Assembly (NCBI GenBank): GCA_963823035.1
Contig: CAWGKG010000010.1
Location: forward strand, 192,001-256,000
DNA length: 64,000 nt
Direction of reading: 5' to 3'
Origin: an uncultured Gemmatimonadales bacterium
GTDB lineage: Bacteria > Gemmatimonadota > Gemmatimonadetes > Longimicrobiales > Gaopeijiaceae
The notes beneath the pieces are model-generated. The model saw only the letters and a list, made by a program, of their open reading frames with translations, had not been told where the DNA came from and did no database searches. The position numbers and the translations under genes are program-made. The first letter of the stretch is position 1. Each line of letters starts with the position of its first letter. Positions 50,472 through 59,933 of this stretch are shown in pieces.

Positions 50472-52553
50472 ATGATGCAACCCGCGAGCCTGCGCCGGGC
50501 CCTGGCCCCTGCGATCCCGATCGTGATCCTGGTCCTGAGCCTCCTCCCCACGCGGGGACGCGCCCAGCAGGCCCCGCGAGCGATGACGGTGGTGGACCTG
50601 ATCGACCTCACGTCGGTCGGCGATCCCCAGCTCTCGCCGGACGGGAGCCAGATCGCCTACGTGCGCACCGAACGCGGACTGGGACGACAACGGCACCGTC
50701 TCGCACATCTGGCGCATCGACGCCGACGGGACCGACGACCTCCAGCTCACGCGGGGCGAGCACGGCGAGTCCGGGCCCGCGCTGGTCGCCCGGACGGCGC
50801 GCGCATCGCCTTCGTGGCGGACCGCTCCGACGACGAGCCGAGCCAGATCTGGCTGCTGCGCAACACCGGGGGGGAGGCGGAGGTGCTCACGAAGCACGCC
50901 ACGTCGGTGAGCGGCCTCCAGTGGTCGCCCGACGGTGCGTGGATCTACTTCAGCGCGTCCGACGAGAAGTCGGCCGAGCAGAAGGCGCGCGAGAAGGTCA
51001 AGGACGACGTCTTCGCGTACGACGAGAACTACCAGCAGGAGCACCTGTGGCGGGTGCGCGTGGCCACCGGTGAGGAGGAGCGCCTGACGGAGGGCGACTT
51101 CTCGGTCGTGGGCTACGCGCTGTCACGGGACGGCACGATGATCGCCCACCACCGCGCCCCCGACCCCCTCTACGGGGACGCCGAGAAGGGCGAGGTGTGG
51201 GTGATGGCCGCGGACGGCTCGTCGGCCCGCCAGCTCACCGACAACGGCGTGACCGAGGGCGGCGCCGAGCTGTCCCCGGACAACCGTTGGGTCCTCTTCA
51301 CCGCGGGCGCCCGCAGCGACCTGGGCGAGAGCTACTTCAACACCAACCTCTTCGTGGTTCCGGCCGCGGGCGGCCAGGTGCGGGAGCTCGCGCCCCGCTC
51401 GGGGTGGGGGCTGGACCAGGCGACGTGGAGCGCGGACGGCCGCAGCGTCTTCGCCGTGGCCAACACGGGGGTGCGCGACGAGCTGGTGCGCGTCCCGGTG
51501 GAGGGCGGGGAGCCCACACCCGTGCTCGAGGGCGACGCGGCCCTGGGCGGGTGGAGCTACAGCCCGAAGCTCGAGCGGCACGTCTTCACGCGCCGCTCGG
51601 CCGCGAGCCCCGGAGACGTGTGGACGTTCGCCGGGCGGGGGCAGCCGACCCAGGTCACGCACGTCTACGACGACCTCGCGCAGCGCTTCCGCATCCCCAG
51701 GGAGGAGGCCATCACCTGGAAGGGCGAGGACGGCGTCACGGTCGAGGGGCTGCTCTACTATCCGCTCGACTACCAGGAGGGGCAGCGCTACCCGCTCATG
51801 GTGCAGACGCACGGCGGCCCGGCCTCCAGCGACCAGTTCGGTGGGGCGTGGAGCTCGTCGAACTACGTGCCCGTGCTGACGTCGCTCGGCTACGCGGTGC
51901 TGAAGCCGAACTACCGGGGCAGCACCGGCTACGGGGACGAGTTCCTGCGCAACATGGTGGGGAGCTACTTCGACCAGGCGCACAAGGACGTGATGGCCGG
52001 CGTGGACGCGGTGATCGAGCGCGGCGTCGCGGACGGCGACCACATGGGGAAGATGGGGTGGAGCGCCGGCGGTCACATGACCAACAAGATCATCACGTAC
52101 ACGGACCGCTTCAAAGCGGCCGCCTCGGGGGCCGGCGCGGCCAATTGGATCTCGATGTACGCCCAGTCCGACGTGCGCACCTACCGCACGCCCTGGTTCG
52201 GCGGGACGCCGTGGGAGAAGGACGCGCCCATCGACGTGTACTGGGACAACTCGCCGCTCAAGTACGTGAGCAACGTGAAGACGCCCACCATCTTCCTGGT
52301 GGGGCAGCAGGATCCGCGCGTCCCCATGCCGCAGTCGATCGAGATGTGGCGCGGCGTGAAGCAGCAGGGCGTGCCCACGCACCTCTACGTGGCGCCGCGC
52401 GAGCCGCACGGTTGGCGCGAGCTGCACCACCGCCTCTTCAAGGCCAACGTCGAGCTGGACTGGTTCGAGAAGTGGGTGAGGGGGCGGACGTGGACGTGGG
52501 AGAAGGCGCCCGGGCCGGACAAGGCCGGGAAGACGGTGTCGGAGGGGGAATAG
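50472..52553 (+). CDS. S9 serine peptidase, secreted; compensated indels near 50675-50790
   Basis: SPDG repeats, THGGPAS, PNYRGSTGYG, GWSAGG, QDPRV, EPHG. Confidence 0.9.
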   Translation: MMQPASLRRALAPAIPIVILVLSLLPTRGRAQQAPRAMTVVDLIDLTSVGDPQLSPDGSQIAYVRTERGLGRQRHRLAHLAHRRRRDRRPPAHAGRARRVRARAGRPDGARIAFVADRSDDEPSQIWLLRNTGGEAEVLTKHATSVSGLQWSPDGAWIYFSASDEKSAEQKAREKVKDDVFAYDENYQQEHLWRVRVATGEEERLTEGDFSVVGYALSRDGTMIAHHRAPDPLYGDAEKGEVWVMAADGSSARQLTDNGVTEGGAELSPDNRWVLFTAGARSDLGESYFNTNLFVVPAAGGQVRELAPRSGWGLDQATWSADGRSVFAVANTGVRDELVRVPVEGGEPTPVLEGDAALGGWSYSPKLERHVFTRRSAASPGDVWTFAGRGQPTQVTHVYDDLAQRFRIPREEAITWKGEDGVTVEGLLYYPLDYQEGQRYPLMVQTHGGPASSDQFGGAWSSSNYVPVLTSLGYAVLKPNYRGSTGYGDEFLRNMVGSYFDQAHKDVMAGVDAVIERGVADGDHMGKMGWSAGGHMTNKIITYTDRFKAAASGAGAANWISMYAQSDVRTYRTPWFGGTPWEKDAPIDVYWDNSPLKYVSNVKTPTIFLVGQQDPRVPMPQSIEMWRGVKQQGVPTHLYVAPREPHGWRELHHRLFKANVELDWFEKWVRGRTWTWEKAPGPDKAGKTVSEGE

Positions 52554-52571
52554 ACCGAAGCGGGGGACAGG

Positions 52572-53090
52572 CTACCTGGCCACAGGACAGACGAGGTTGA
52601 CCACCGTTCCTTCGTCATCACCGGTGGCCGTGACGCTGACCTCGCGCCCATCCTTGGCGGCGCTCAGCATGTAGAAGTCGGCCATCTCCGCCTTCTGTCC
52701 GATCTCCCACCCCTCTTCGCCGAGGTGCTCGACGTAGAACGCGAAGACCTCCTTGGGGGCGTCTTCGACGCTCAGCGCGACGGAGATGCCTTCGCTCTCG
52801 GAGCTCGTCGAGTACATCACCTTCGATCCCTGCGGGATCGGGACGTCCTCGGGAAACCCCTCGGGCAAGGAGGCCTCCTCTTCGCCGGAGATCTGGATGA
52901 CCGTGCGACCGCCCTCCCCCTCCGACTCGAGACGCATCCCCTTCTCGGAGATGTCGACGTCCGCGTCGCTCGCGCCGGAAGCCCTCATGGCGTCCTCCGC
53001 CATCCGTTCGGCGGACTTTTCGGCGGCCTTGCCACAGCCCGAGGCGACCAGGGTCACGAGCGCGCATCCCACCAGCGACCTTCCCTTCAT
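52572..53090 (-). CDS. Acidic hypothetical lipoprotein
   Basis: GGAGG RBS, lipobox ASGC, LPEGFPEDVPIP, FY..L..EGW. Confidence 0.75.
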   Translation of the reverse strand: MKGRSLVGCALVTLVASGCGKAAEKSAERMAEDAMRASGASDADVDISEKGMRLESEGEGGRTVIQISGEEEASLPEGFPEDVPIPQGSKVMYSTSSESEGISVALSVEDAPKEVFAFYVEHLGEEGWEIGQKAEMADFYMLSAAKDGREVSVTATGDDEGTVVNLVCPVAR

Positions 53091-53310
53091 GTGAGCCTCC
53101 AAGCAAGCATGTCCACCCGGGCGATCACGCGACGTTCCCCATCGTGAAGGACGCACCCACCCGTCCAGGGTTCTCACCACGCCCGAGCCACCGCGATGGT
53201 CCACCCAGCCTTCCAGCGTCTGAAGCGCCTGCCGGGGCCGGTGAGAATCGGGAGGCGGATTCGCCGTTGTACCGGTCGCAGGGAGTGTGCCCCCAGACCG
53301 AGGTCGACGT

Positions 53311-54690
53311 ATGACGAGATCCGCCGCGTTGCGCCTTTCCATGGCCGTCTGTCTCGGCGCGTGGAGCCTCGTCCTCGGTGCCCCCTCCCCGGCCCGCAGT
53401 CAAGAAACCGCGCAGTCCGTGGCTCCGTGGCTGGACCTGCCGCCCGGATGGTCGCGCGCCGTCGAGAACGGCGTCGTCGTGGCCATGCCCGGGGACATCC
53501 CCGAGGGAGCCCAGTTCCTCCTCATGGTGGAAAGGGTACAGGCGGCTCCGGGAGAGATCTCCTCCGACTACGAGCAGGCTCTCCGCGATCTCGGGCCATG
53601 GACCCCCGTCGGAGCCCCCGTGGACCAACGGCCCGGGAGCCAATGGAGCTTCCGCCTGGGCGTCGGTGTGGCCAAGCTCAACGGGCGTACCTTCACGGGG
53701 CTGACGGCCGTGGCGCGACGGGACTCCCTGCGCGCCCGGTTCTGGGTGCTCGCGGATACGGACGACACCTACAACCGCTACCAGGCCGACTGCACCAACG
53801 CCATCGCCAGCGTTCAGGACTTCGACGTTGCCGCCGTGGCGGCTACGCGGGGGTCCGGGGCGCCGACGTCCGATCCGGTGGCGCCTGGAATGCGAAAAGG
53901 TCTGGGCTCGGGAACTCTGGACCCAGGCTTCGGCGAGGGGCTGAGCGGCGTCTACGCGGGGTGGACCCGCGGCCTCTCAGCCAGCGCCGGCGGCGGCGGT
54001 CTCGGTCCGACGTACGACACGCGCACCGGCACCGTGGGGTCCTCCGTCTCCGCCGCAAACCCCACCATGACGACTTCCATTACCGACTTCGAGGACCTGG
54101 TGCTGTTCCTGCCCGATGGGACGTTCCGCCAGGGGCTTCCTCTCCGCGGACTGGGGAGTGACCTGAGCTACGACCGACGGTCGATCCCGGCGCGCTGGGG
54201 CACATGGACGCAGGAGAACGGGCGCGTGGTGGTTCGACGCTCGGGAACCACCGCGGTCTACGGTGTGCGCGACGGCACGCTCGTGGACGGTCGTGACCGG
54301 CCCTGGGTCAAGGTGGCGCCTCCGGAGGCGCGGGCCATCGAGGGCACCTACGCCCGTGCCGATTACCGCGACCCCCGCGCCCCGCGACTGGTTCTGCGGG
54401 CGGATGGATCGTACGAGGATCGTGGGGGCTTCCTGCGTATGGTGAGCAGCGCGATGTCACTCGTGGTTCCCGACGGCGGCGCTCTCGTGAGGCAGGGGTC
54501 GGATGCGGAAGTCGCTCGCTGGCTCGGCCCGAGCAGGGGAACCTATGTGTTGCAGGACTTCACGTTGACCCTCCGCACCGACGACGGTCGCGTATGGCAG
54601 GTGAGCGCCCATGCCCCGGCGGGCGGGCCGCCTGCGAGCCCGGACGTGCTGGTGATCGGGACGTACCGCCTGGTCCGCGAGTCGCGGTGA
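53311..54690 (+). CDS. Secreted hypothetical protein with two related C-terminal beta-rich repeats
   Basis: Signal peptide ending ARSQ; long open frame; repeats LSGVY..FLPDGTF..GTW and IEGTY..LRADGSY..GTY. Confidence 0.65.
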   Translation: MTRSAALRLSMAVCLGAWSLVLGAPSPARSQETAQSVAPWLDLPPGWSRAVENGVVVAMPGDIPEGAQFLLMVERVQAAPGEISSDYEQALRDLGPWTPVGAPVDQRPGSQWSFRLGVGVAKLNGRTFTGLTAVARRDSLRARFWVLADTDDTYNRYQADCTNAIASVQDFDVAAVAATRGSGAPTSDPVAPGMRKGLGSGTLDPGFGEGLSGVYAGWTRGLSASAGGGGLGPTYDTRTGTVGSSVSAANPTMTTSITDFEDLVLFLPDGTFRQGLPLRGLGSDLSYDRRSIPARWGTWTQENGRVVVRRSGTTAVYGVRDGTLVDGRDRPWVKVAPPEARAIEGTYARADYRDPRAPRLVLRADGSYEDRGGFLRMVSSAMSLVVPDGGALVRQGSDAEVARWLGPSRGTYVLQDFTLTLRTDDGRVWQVSAHAPAGGPPASPDVLVIGTYRLVRESR

Positions 54691-54723
54691 GAATCCGACG
54701 ACACTACCGGACCTGCCGCTCCG

Positions 54724-54933
54724 CTACCGGCGTAGCCTGAAGAACAGGATCGCGCCGAGGAGGCCGAATCCGATCGCGGTCTTCACCAGAGCGTCCCGGT
54801 CCCACGGCTGGGCGGGGTCCGGCTCGTGGGCGGACGCCTCCTGGTCCGTGTGGATGGAGCAGAACGCCGACCCCTCGGCCGCGTCGCGCTTGCAGCGCTC
54901 GCCTTTACGGGTCCTGCCTTGGCACTGTGCCAC
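54724..54933 (-). CDS. Small C3H zinc-finger-like (DUF5763-like) protein with C-terminal TM anchor
   Basis: AGGAGG RBS; CQGRTRKGERC..FCSIH; hydrophobic tail followed by RLRR. Confidence 0.7.
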   Translation of the reverse strand: MAQCQGRTRKGERCKRDAAEGSAFCSIHTDQEASAHEPDPAQPWDRDALVKTAIGFGLLGAILFFRLRR

Positions 54934-55020
54934 GCGTCACCTCCTGCGGGTGGTTCGATCCTGTGCCTTGTACTACGGGAGATGGGGCCGCTCGGTTCAT
55001 CGGGCCGCCGCTCGGGACCG

Positions 55021-57606
55021 TCAGCCGTGGGGGACGTCCGCCAGGGATCGCAGCCGGAGGCGGCTCTCGAGGTCCGCCTCCGGCGTCTCCGGCGTGACCC
55101 GCACGCGCACGGTATCGCCAGGAAGGATGTGCACGTCGTTCGTCGAGAAACGCGCGCCCACGCCGTCGGCCGCGAGGCGGGCGGCGAACGCGAACCGATC
55201 GGCGGTGAAGGCCACCCGCCAGGCGTCGCCGTCGCGCTCGACGGAGACCACGCGCAGGCCGGGATCCGGGAGCGCGAGCTGCTTGGGCGGCACGAGGAAG
55301 GCCACGTCGCGGGCGAGAACGGAAGACGCCGCGGATCCGGCGTTCCTCCATGACGCGACCACGACGACGCGGCGGGGATCGACGTCGCCGGGGAGGAGCT
55401 GGGCGCGGGTTCCGCGCCACGCGAGACCGGGCGCCGACACCGGCGCCTCGAGCCGGGCGAGCTCGCGCCCCTCGAAGTCGAGGGCGCGCACCTCGAGCAC
55501 CCCCGCGACGGCCGTGTCCGACGCGATCCACACCGCCAGCGTGTCCGCCCACCGGTCGGCGAGCACCGCCACCGGCGCGAAGACGCGCGCCGCCTCGTAC
55601 TGGAGCGCCTTCCACCGTCCGAGCACGTCCACGCTGGACCACGACACCACGGGCCAGGTGTCGTTCAGCTGCCAGAACAGCGTCCCGCCCGTGCGGGGCC
55701 ACGAGCGCCGGTGCGCCTCCAGCGCGAGGCCCACGCCCGCCGCCTGGGCGAGCTGGCTCACGTAGCTCCAGGCGTCGAGCGAGTCGTCCGGGGGGACGGG
55801 CCAGTCGCGCTCGAGGTACGTGCGGATCGTCTCGAGGCCCGTGGCGTGCTTCTCGTGGGCACGGAGCACCGGGTCGGACAGCCGCGTCGGTGCGGGATCG
55901 CCGAACGCGGCCACGGTGACCGGGTCGGGCAGCGCCTGGAAGCCGAACTCGCTGGCGAAGCGGGGGACCTTGTCCGCGTACACGCGGAACGGCTCCATCC
56001 CCCACCACACGCCCCAGTAGTGGCTGTCGCCCTCGACCAGGCTCTCGGGGTGACCCCACCCGATCCGGGGGGAGGTCGGCACGTAGCTCGTGCCGGGATC
56101 CTCCGCGCGCACGACCGTGGGCAGCACGTCCTCGAAGATCCTGCGGTACGCGGCGGCCACGCGCTCGGCATCCTCCGGCGTGTACGCGTCGCGCCACCCC
56201 CAGTTGGCCCAACCTTCCGCGATCTCGTTGTTGCCGCACCAGAGCGCGAGGCTGGGGTGCCTGCGCAGGCGGCGCACCTGGTCGTGCGCCTCCGCCTCCA
56301 CCGAGGCGACGAAAGCCGTGTCCTCCGGCACCAGGGTGTTGGCGAACATGAAGTCCTGCCACACCAGGAGGCCGCGCGCGTCCGCGAGGTCGTAGAAGAC
56401 GTCCGGGAGGTACACGCCGCCGCCCCAGACACGGAGCATGTTCATGTTCGCGCGCACCGCGTCGTCCACGAGGCGCGCGTAGGTCGCGGAGTCCGCGCGC
56501 GGCGTGAAGTGGTCGGGGGGCACCACGTTGGCGCCCCGCGCGAACACGGGTCGGCCGTTCACCTCGAAGCGGAAGCTCTCGCCCACGGAGTCGGCTTCCG
56601 TGACGAGCGTCACCGTGCGCAGGCCGATGTGGCGGGTCGCCCGGTCCCACCGGCGCCCGAGGACGGCGTCGATCTCCACGTCGTAGCGGCGGCCGGGCTC
56701 CTCCCCCATCCCCCGCGGCCACCAGCGTCGGGCGGACGGAACGGTCAGCGTCACGGTCGTCCGGGTGGTGCGCGACGGAGGGGGCGCCGGCACGTCACCG
56801 ACGACGGCGGCGAAGTCGCCATCGGGGCTGCGCACACCGAGGCGGACGGTGCCTCCGGAGTCGGGGGTCGCCGCCAGCTCCACGGCGAGGCTTACGCGTG
56901 CCGTGTCGCCGCTCCAGTCGACACGCTCGACGTGGGCGTCCACCACGCGCACGCCGCTCCACGCTTCGAGCCGGACGGGTCGCCCTATCCCGCTCGTGAC
57001 GTAGCGCGGGCCCCAGTCCCAGCCGAACGCGTAGGCGGCCTTCCGGACGAACGCCCTCGTCCCGCTCGTGTCGGGCTCCTGGTGGGGGATGGGCCAGGGA
57101 TGCTCGGCCGCCCGTGCCCGGCCGACGCGCACCGGGGAGGCGAAGCGAACCTCGAGCGTGTTCGCGCCGGCCCGCAGCGCGTCGCGCACATCCACGCGCC
57201 AGGTGCGGAACTCGTTGTCGGCCGCGAGGACGCTCCGCCCGTTCAGCACGACGTCCGCGTAGGTGTCGAGTCCCTCGAAGACCAACGCGACGGAGCGCTC
57301 CTCGAGGAGGCGGGGGTCGACCTCGAAATCGCGCCGGTAGACCCAATCCTCCCGCTCGATCCAGGCGAGCTCGGCCTCGTGGTCTCCCGTCAGGGGATCC
57401 GGGATCCTCCCGGCCGCCAGCAGGTCCGTGTGGACCGTGCCGGGTACGGTGGCGGGCGTCCACGTGGAATCGGAGGCTGCGCGCATGCGCCACGGCCCCC
57501 CGAGGTCGACGACCCGCACCGCGGGACGGGGCCGGGGTCCGCAGGCCGCCGCGCCCGTGAGCGACAGGGCCGCGAGCGCCGTCGCGGCGGCGCGGCGAAG
57601 CCTCAT
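55021..57606 (-). CDS. GH2 beta-mannosidase, lipoprotein
   Basis: VPGTVHTDL, FEGLDT, FGWDWGP, RVWGGG, WQDFMF, WCGNNE, SEFGFQ, WQLND. Confidence 0.93.
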   Translation of the reverse strand: MRLRRAAATALAALSLTGAAACGPRPRPAVRVVDLGGPWRMRAASDSTWTPATVPGTVHTDLLAAGRIPDPLTGDHEAELAWIEREDWVYRRDFEVDPRLLEERSVALVFEGLDTYADVVLNGRSVLAADNEFRTWRVDVRDALRAGANTLEVRFASPVRVGRARAAEHPWPIPHQEPDTSGTRAFVRKAAYAFGWDWGPRYVTSGIGRPVRLEAWSGVRVVDAHVERVDWSGDTARVSLAVELAATPDSGGTVRLGVRSPDGDFAAVVGDVPAPPPSRTTRTTVTLTVPSARRWWPRGMGEEPGRRYDVEIDAVLGRRWDRATRHIGLRTVTLVTEADSVGESFRFEVNGRPVFARGANVVPPDHFTPRADSATYARLVDDAVRANMNMLRVWGGGVYLPDVFYDLADARGLLVWQDFMFANTLVPEDTAFVASVEAEAHDQVRRLRRHPSLALWCGNNEIAEGWANWGWRDAYTPEDAERVAAAYRRIFEDVLPTVVRAEDPGTSYVPTSPRIGWGHPESLVEGDSHYWGVWWGMEPFRVYADKVPRFASEFGFQALPDPVTVAAFGDPAPTRLSDPVLRAHEKHATGLETIRTYLERDWPVPPDDSLDAWSYVSQLAQAAGVGLALEAHRRSWPRTGGTLFWQLNDTWPVVSWSSVDVLGRWKALQYEAARVFAPVAVLADRWADTLAVWIASDTAVAGVLEVRALDFEGRELARLEAPVSAPGLAWRGTRAQLLPGDVDPRRVVVVASWRNAGSAASSVLARDVAFLVPPKQLALPDPGLRVVSVERDGDAWRVAFTADRFAFAARLAADGVGARFSTNDVHILPGDTVRVRVTPETPEADLESRLRLRSLADVPHG

Positions 57607-59933
57607 CGGCGCGCGGCGGCCTCCGCGCTCGCCCGCGCCTCGACGACGTCGCGGGCGTCCGAATCGGAAGGCGGTCGCTGCCAGAGCGGCTTCCCCCATG
57701 CGGGATCGGGCGTGGCGCCGAGCGTGATCTCCAGCGACCCGCCCGCCGCGACGTCGGCGTGGCGCACGTACGTGAACGGCCACGGACGACCGTTCAGGCG
57801 CACCGACCGCACGTAGCGGTCGTCGGGGCCGGAGCGGACCGCCCGCACCACGAACGTCCCGCCCTGCACGCGCAGCCGCGCCATGTCGAAGCGCGGTACG
57901 CCGAGGACGTACACGCCCGACGACGGATCGGCGGGATAGAAGCCGAGGGCGCTGAAGACGTACCAGGCGGACATCTGCCCGCAGTCCTCGTTGCCGGCCA
58001 GGCCGTCCGGCGCGGCGCGGTACTGGGTGTCGAGGATCTGCCGCACGCGGTCGGCGGTCCGGTCGGGCCTCCCCGCCCACGCGTACAGGTAGGCGATGTG
58101 GTGGCTCGGCTCGTTGCCGTGCGCGTACTGGCCGATGAGGCCGGAGATGTCCGGGGAGGCATCGTCTCCGACCACGACGGTGTCCTGGTCGAAGAGGGCG
58201 TCCAGGTGGCGCACGAACGCCTCGTCGCCCCCCATCGCACGCACCAGGGCCTCGGCGTCCTGGGGGACGAACCACGAGTGCTGCCAGGCGTTGCCCTCGG
58301 TGTAGTCCGTGTTCACGCGGTGATCGGAGCGGAGGGGGTCGAAGGGCTCCACCCAGCTGTCGTCCGCGTGCCGCCCGCGCATGAAGCCGGTCGACGCGTC
58401 GTAGACGTTGCGCCATCCACGCGAGCGCGAGAGGAAGCGCTCCGCGGTCTCGTCGTCACCGACCGCGGCGGCCAACCGCGCCACCGCCGCATCGTCGTAG
58501 GCGTACTCGAGCGTCTTCGTGACCGCTTCCACGCCCAGCTCGGAGGGGACGAAGCCGTAGCGGGCGAAGTCGTCCACGTCGCGAAGGGAGGAGGACTGGC
58601 TCTCCACGGCTGCCCTGAGCGCCTCTTCGGGATCCACCCCCGCGAGCCCCTTGAGCACGGCGTCGACCAGGACGGGCACGGCATGGTTCCCCGTCATCGT
58701 GTTCGTCTCGTTGCCCACGAGGGACCAGACGGGGAGGAGCCCGTGCTCACGGCGGAAAGCGAGCATGGAGGCCACCAGGTCGTGGACGCGGCCCGGGTCG
58801 AGGAGGGTGTTGAGGGGATGCGCGGCGCGGAAGGTGTCCCACAGCGAGAAGATCGAGTGGTTGACGAAGCCCTCGGCGTGGTGGATGCGTGCGTCGCCGC
58901 CGCGGTAGCGGCCGTCCACGTCCTCGAAGAGCACGGGAGCCAGGCGGGTGTGGTAGAGCGCGGTGTAGAAGACGGCCTGGTCGTCGGGCGTGCCGCCCGT
59001 GACGAGGACCTTCGAGAGCTCGGATTCCCACGCGTGCGCGGCCCGGGTGCGGGCGGCCTCGAAGTCCCACCCGGGAGCCTCGGCGCGGAGGTTGGCCAGC
59101 GCGCCGGCCTCGTCCACATACGAGATCGCGACCTTGATCAGGAGGGGCTCGTCCGGGGAAGTGGGTGCGAAGCGCAGGAGGGCCCGCGTCCGCGGCGCGT
59201 CGAAGGCGCGCTCCACGGCACGCACGGGCCGGGAGGTGGCGAGCGCGAAGAAGACGCGCTCGTCGTCGGCCCAGCCGCGGCTGTAGCGCAGACCCGTGAA
59301 GAGCGTGTCGGCGACCTGCACCAGCTCGGTGCGCGTGGGCGCGTCCCAGTTCTCGCTGAAGCCCAGGTCGACCACCAGCCCGGCGTCGGCGCCCTCCGGG
59401 TAGCGCACCCGGTGCAGACCGACGCGGGGTGTGGCCGTGAGCTCCACCTCGATGCCGCTCCGCTGGAGGATCACGGCGTAGTAGCCGGGCTCGGCGTGCT
59501 CGTGCTCGTGGCTCAGCCGATCCGCGTAGGGACGCGTACCGTCCGCAAGGCGGTCCATCGAGAGGTCGACGTCGCCCGCCACGGGCATGACCAGCACGTC
59601 GAGGAGGTCGCCGATGCCGGTGCCGCTCAGGTGCGTGTGGCTGAAGCCCGTGAGCACGGAGTCCGACGCGTGGTAGCCCGAGCACCAGTCCCACCCCGAG
59701 CGGCCGTTGTCGGGACTCACCTGCACCATGCCGAAGGGGACGGTGGCGCCCGGATAGGTGTGGCCGTGGCCGCCCGTGCCGATGAAGGGATCCACCAGCG
59801 GCGACAGGCGGCGCTCGGTGAGGCGCGTGGGGCGGTCCGGGGCCGCGCACGCGGTGGACAGGGCCGCGACCCCGAGAAGCGCGAGGGTGAGGCGGCGACC
59901 CCGGGCGGCGGCCCCCGCGGCGGCGGGGCTCAT
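57603..59933 (-). CDS. GH92 alpha-mannosidase, lipoprotein
   Basis: PFIGTGGHGHTYPGA, FSHTHLSGTG, SLWDTFRA, TLEYAYDD, EGNAWQ, GNEPSHH, GNEDCGQMSAW. Confidence 0.95.
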   Translation of the reverse strand: MSPAAAGAAARGRRLTLALLGVAALSTACAAPDRPTRLTERRLSPLVDPFIGTGGHGHTYPGATVPFGMVQVSPDNGRSGWDWCSGYHASDSVLTGFSHTHLSGTGIGDLLDVLVMPVAGDVDLSMDRLADGTRPYADRLSHEHEHAEPGYYAVILQRSGIEVELTATPRVGLHRVRYPEGADAGLVVDLGFSENWDAPTRTELVQVADTLFTGLRYSRGWADDERVFFALATSRPVRAVERAFDAPRTRALLRFAPTSPDEPLLIKVAISYVDEAGALANLRAEAPGWDFEAARTRAAHAWESELSKVLVTGGTPDDQAVFYTALYHTRLAPVLFEDVDGRYRGGDARIHHAEGFVNHSIFSLWDTFRAAHPLNTLLDPGRVHDLVASMLAFRREHGLLPVWSLVGNETNTMTGNHAVPVLVDAVLKGLAGVDPEEALRAAVESQSSSLRDVDDFARYGFVPSELGVEAVTKTLEYAYDDAAVARLAAAVGDDETAERFLSRSRGWRNVYDASTGFMRGRHADDSWVEPFDPLRSDHRVNTDYTEGNAWQHSWFVPQDAEALVRAMGGDEAFVRHLDALFDQDTVVVGDDASPDISGLIGQYAHGNEPSHHIAYLYAWAGRPDRTADRVRQILDTQYRAAPDGLAGNEDCGQMSAWYVFSALGFYPADPSSGVYVLGVPRFDMARLRVQGGTFVVRAVRSGPDDRYVRSVRLNGRPWPFTYVRHADVAAGGSLEITLGATPDPAWGKPLWQRPPSDSDARDVVEARASAEAAARR

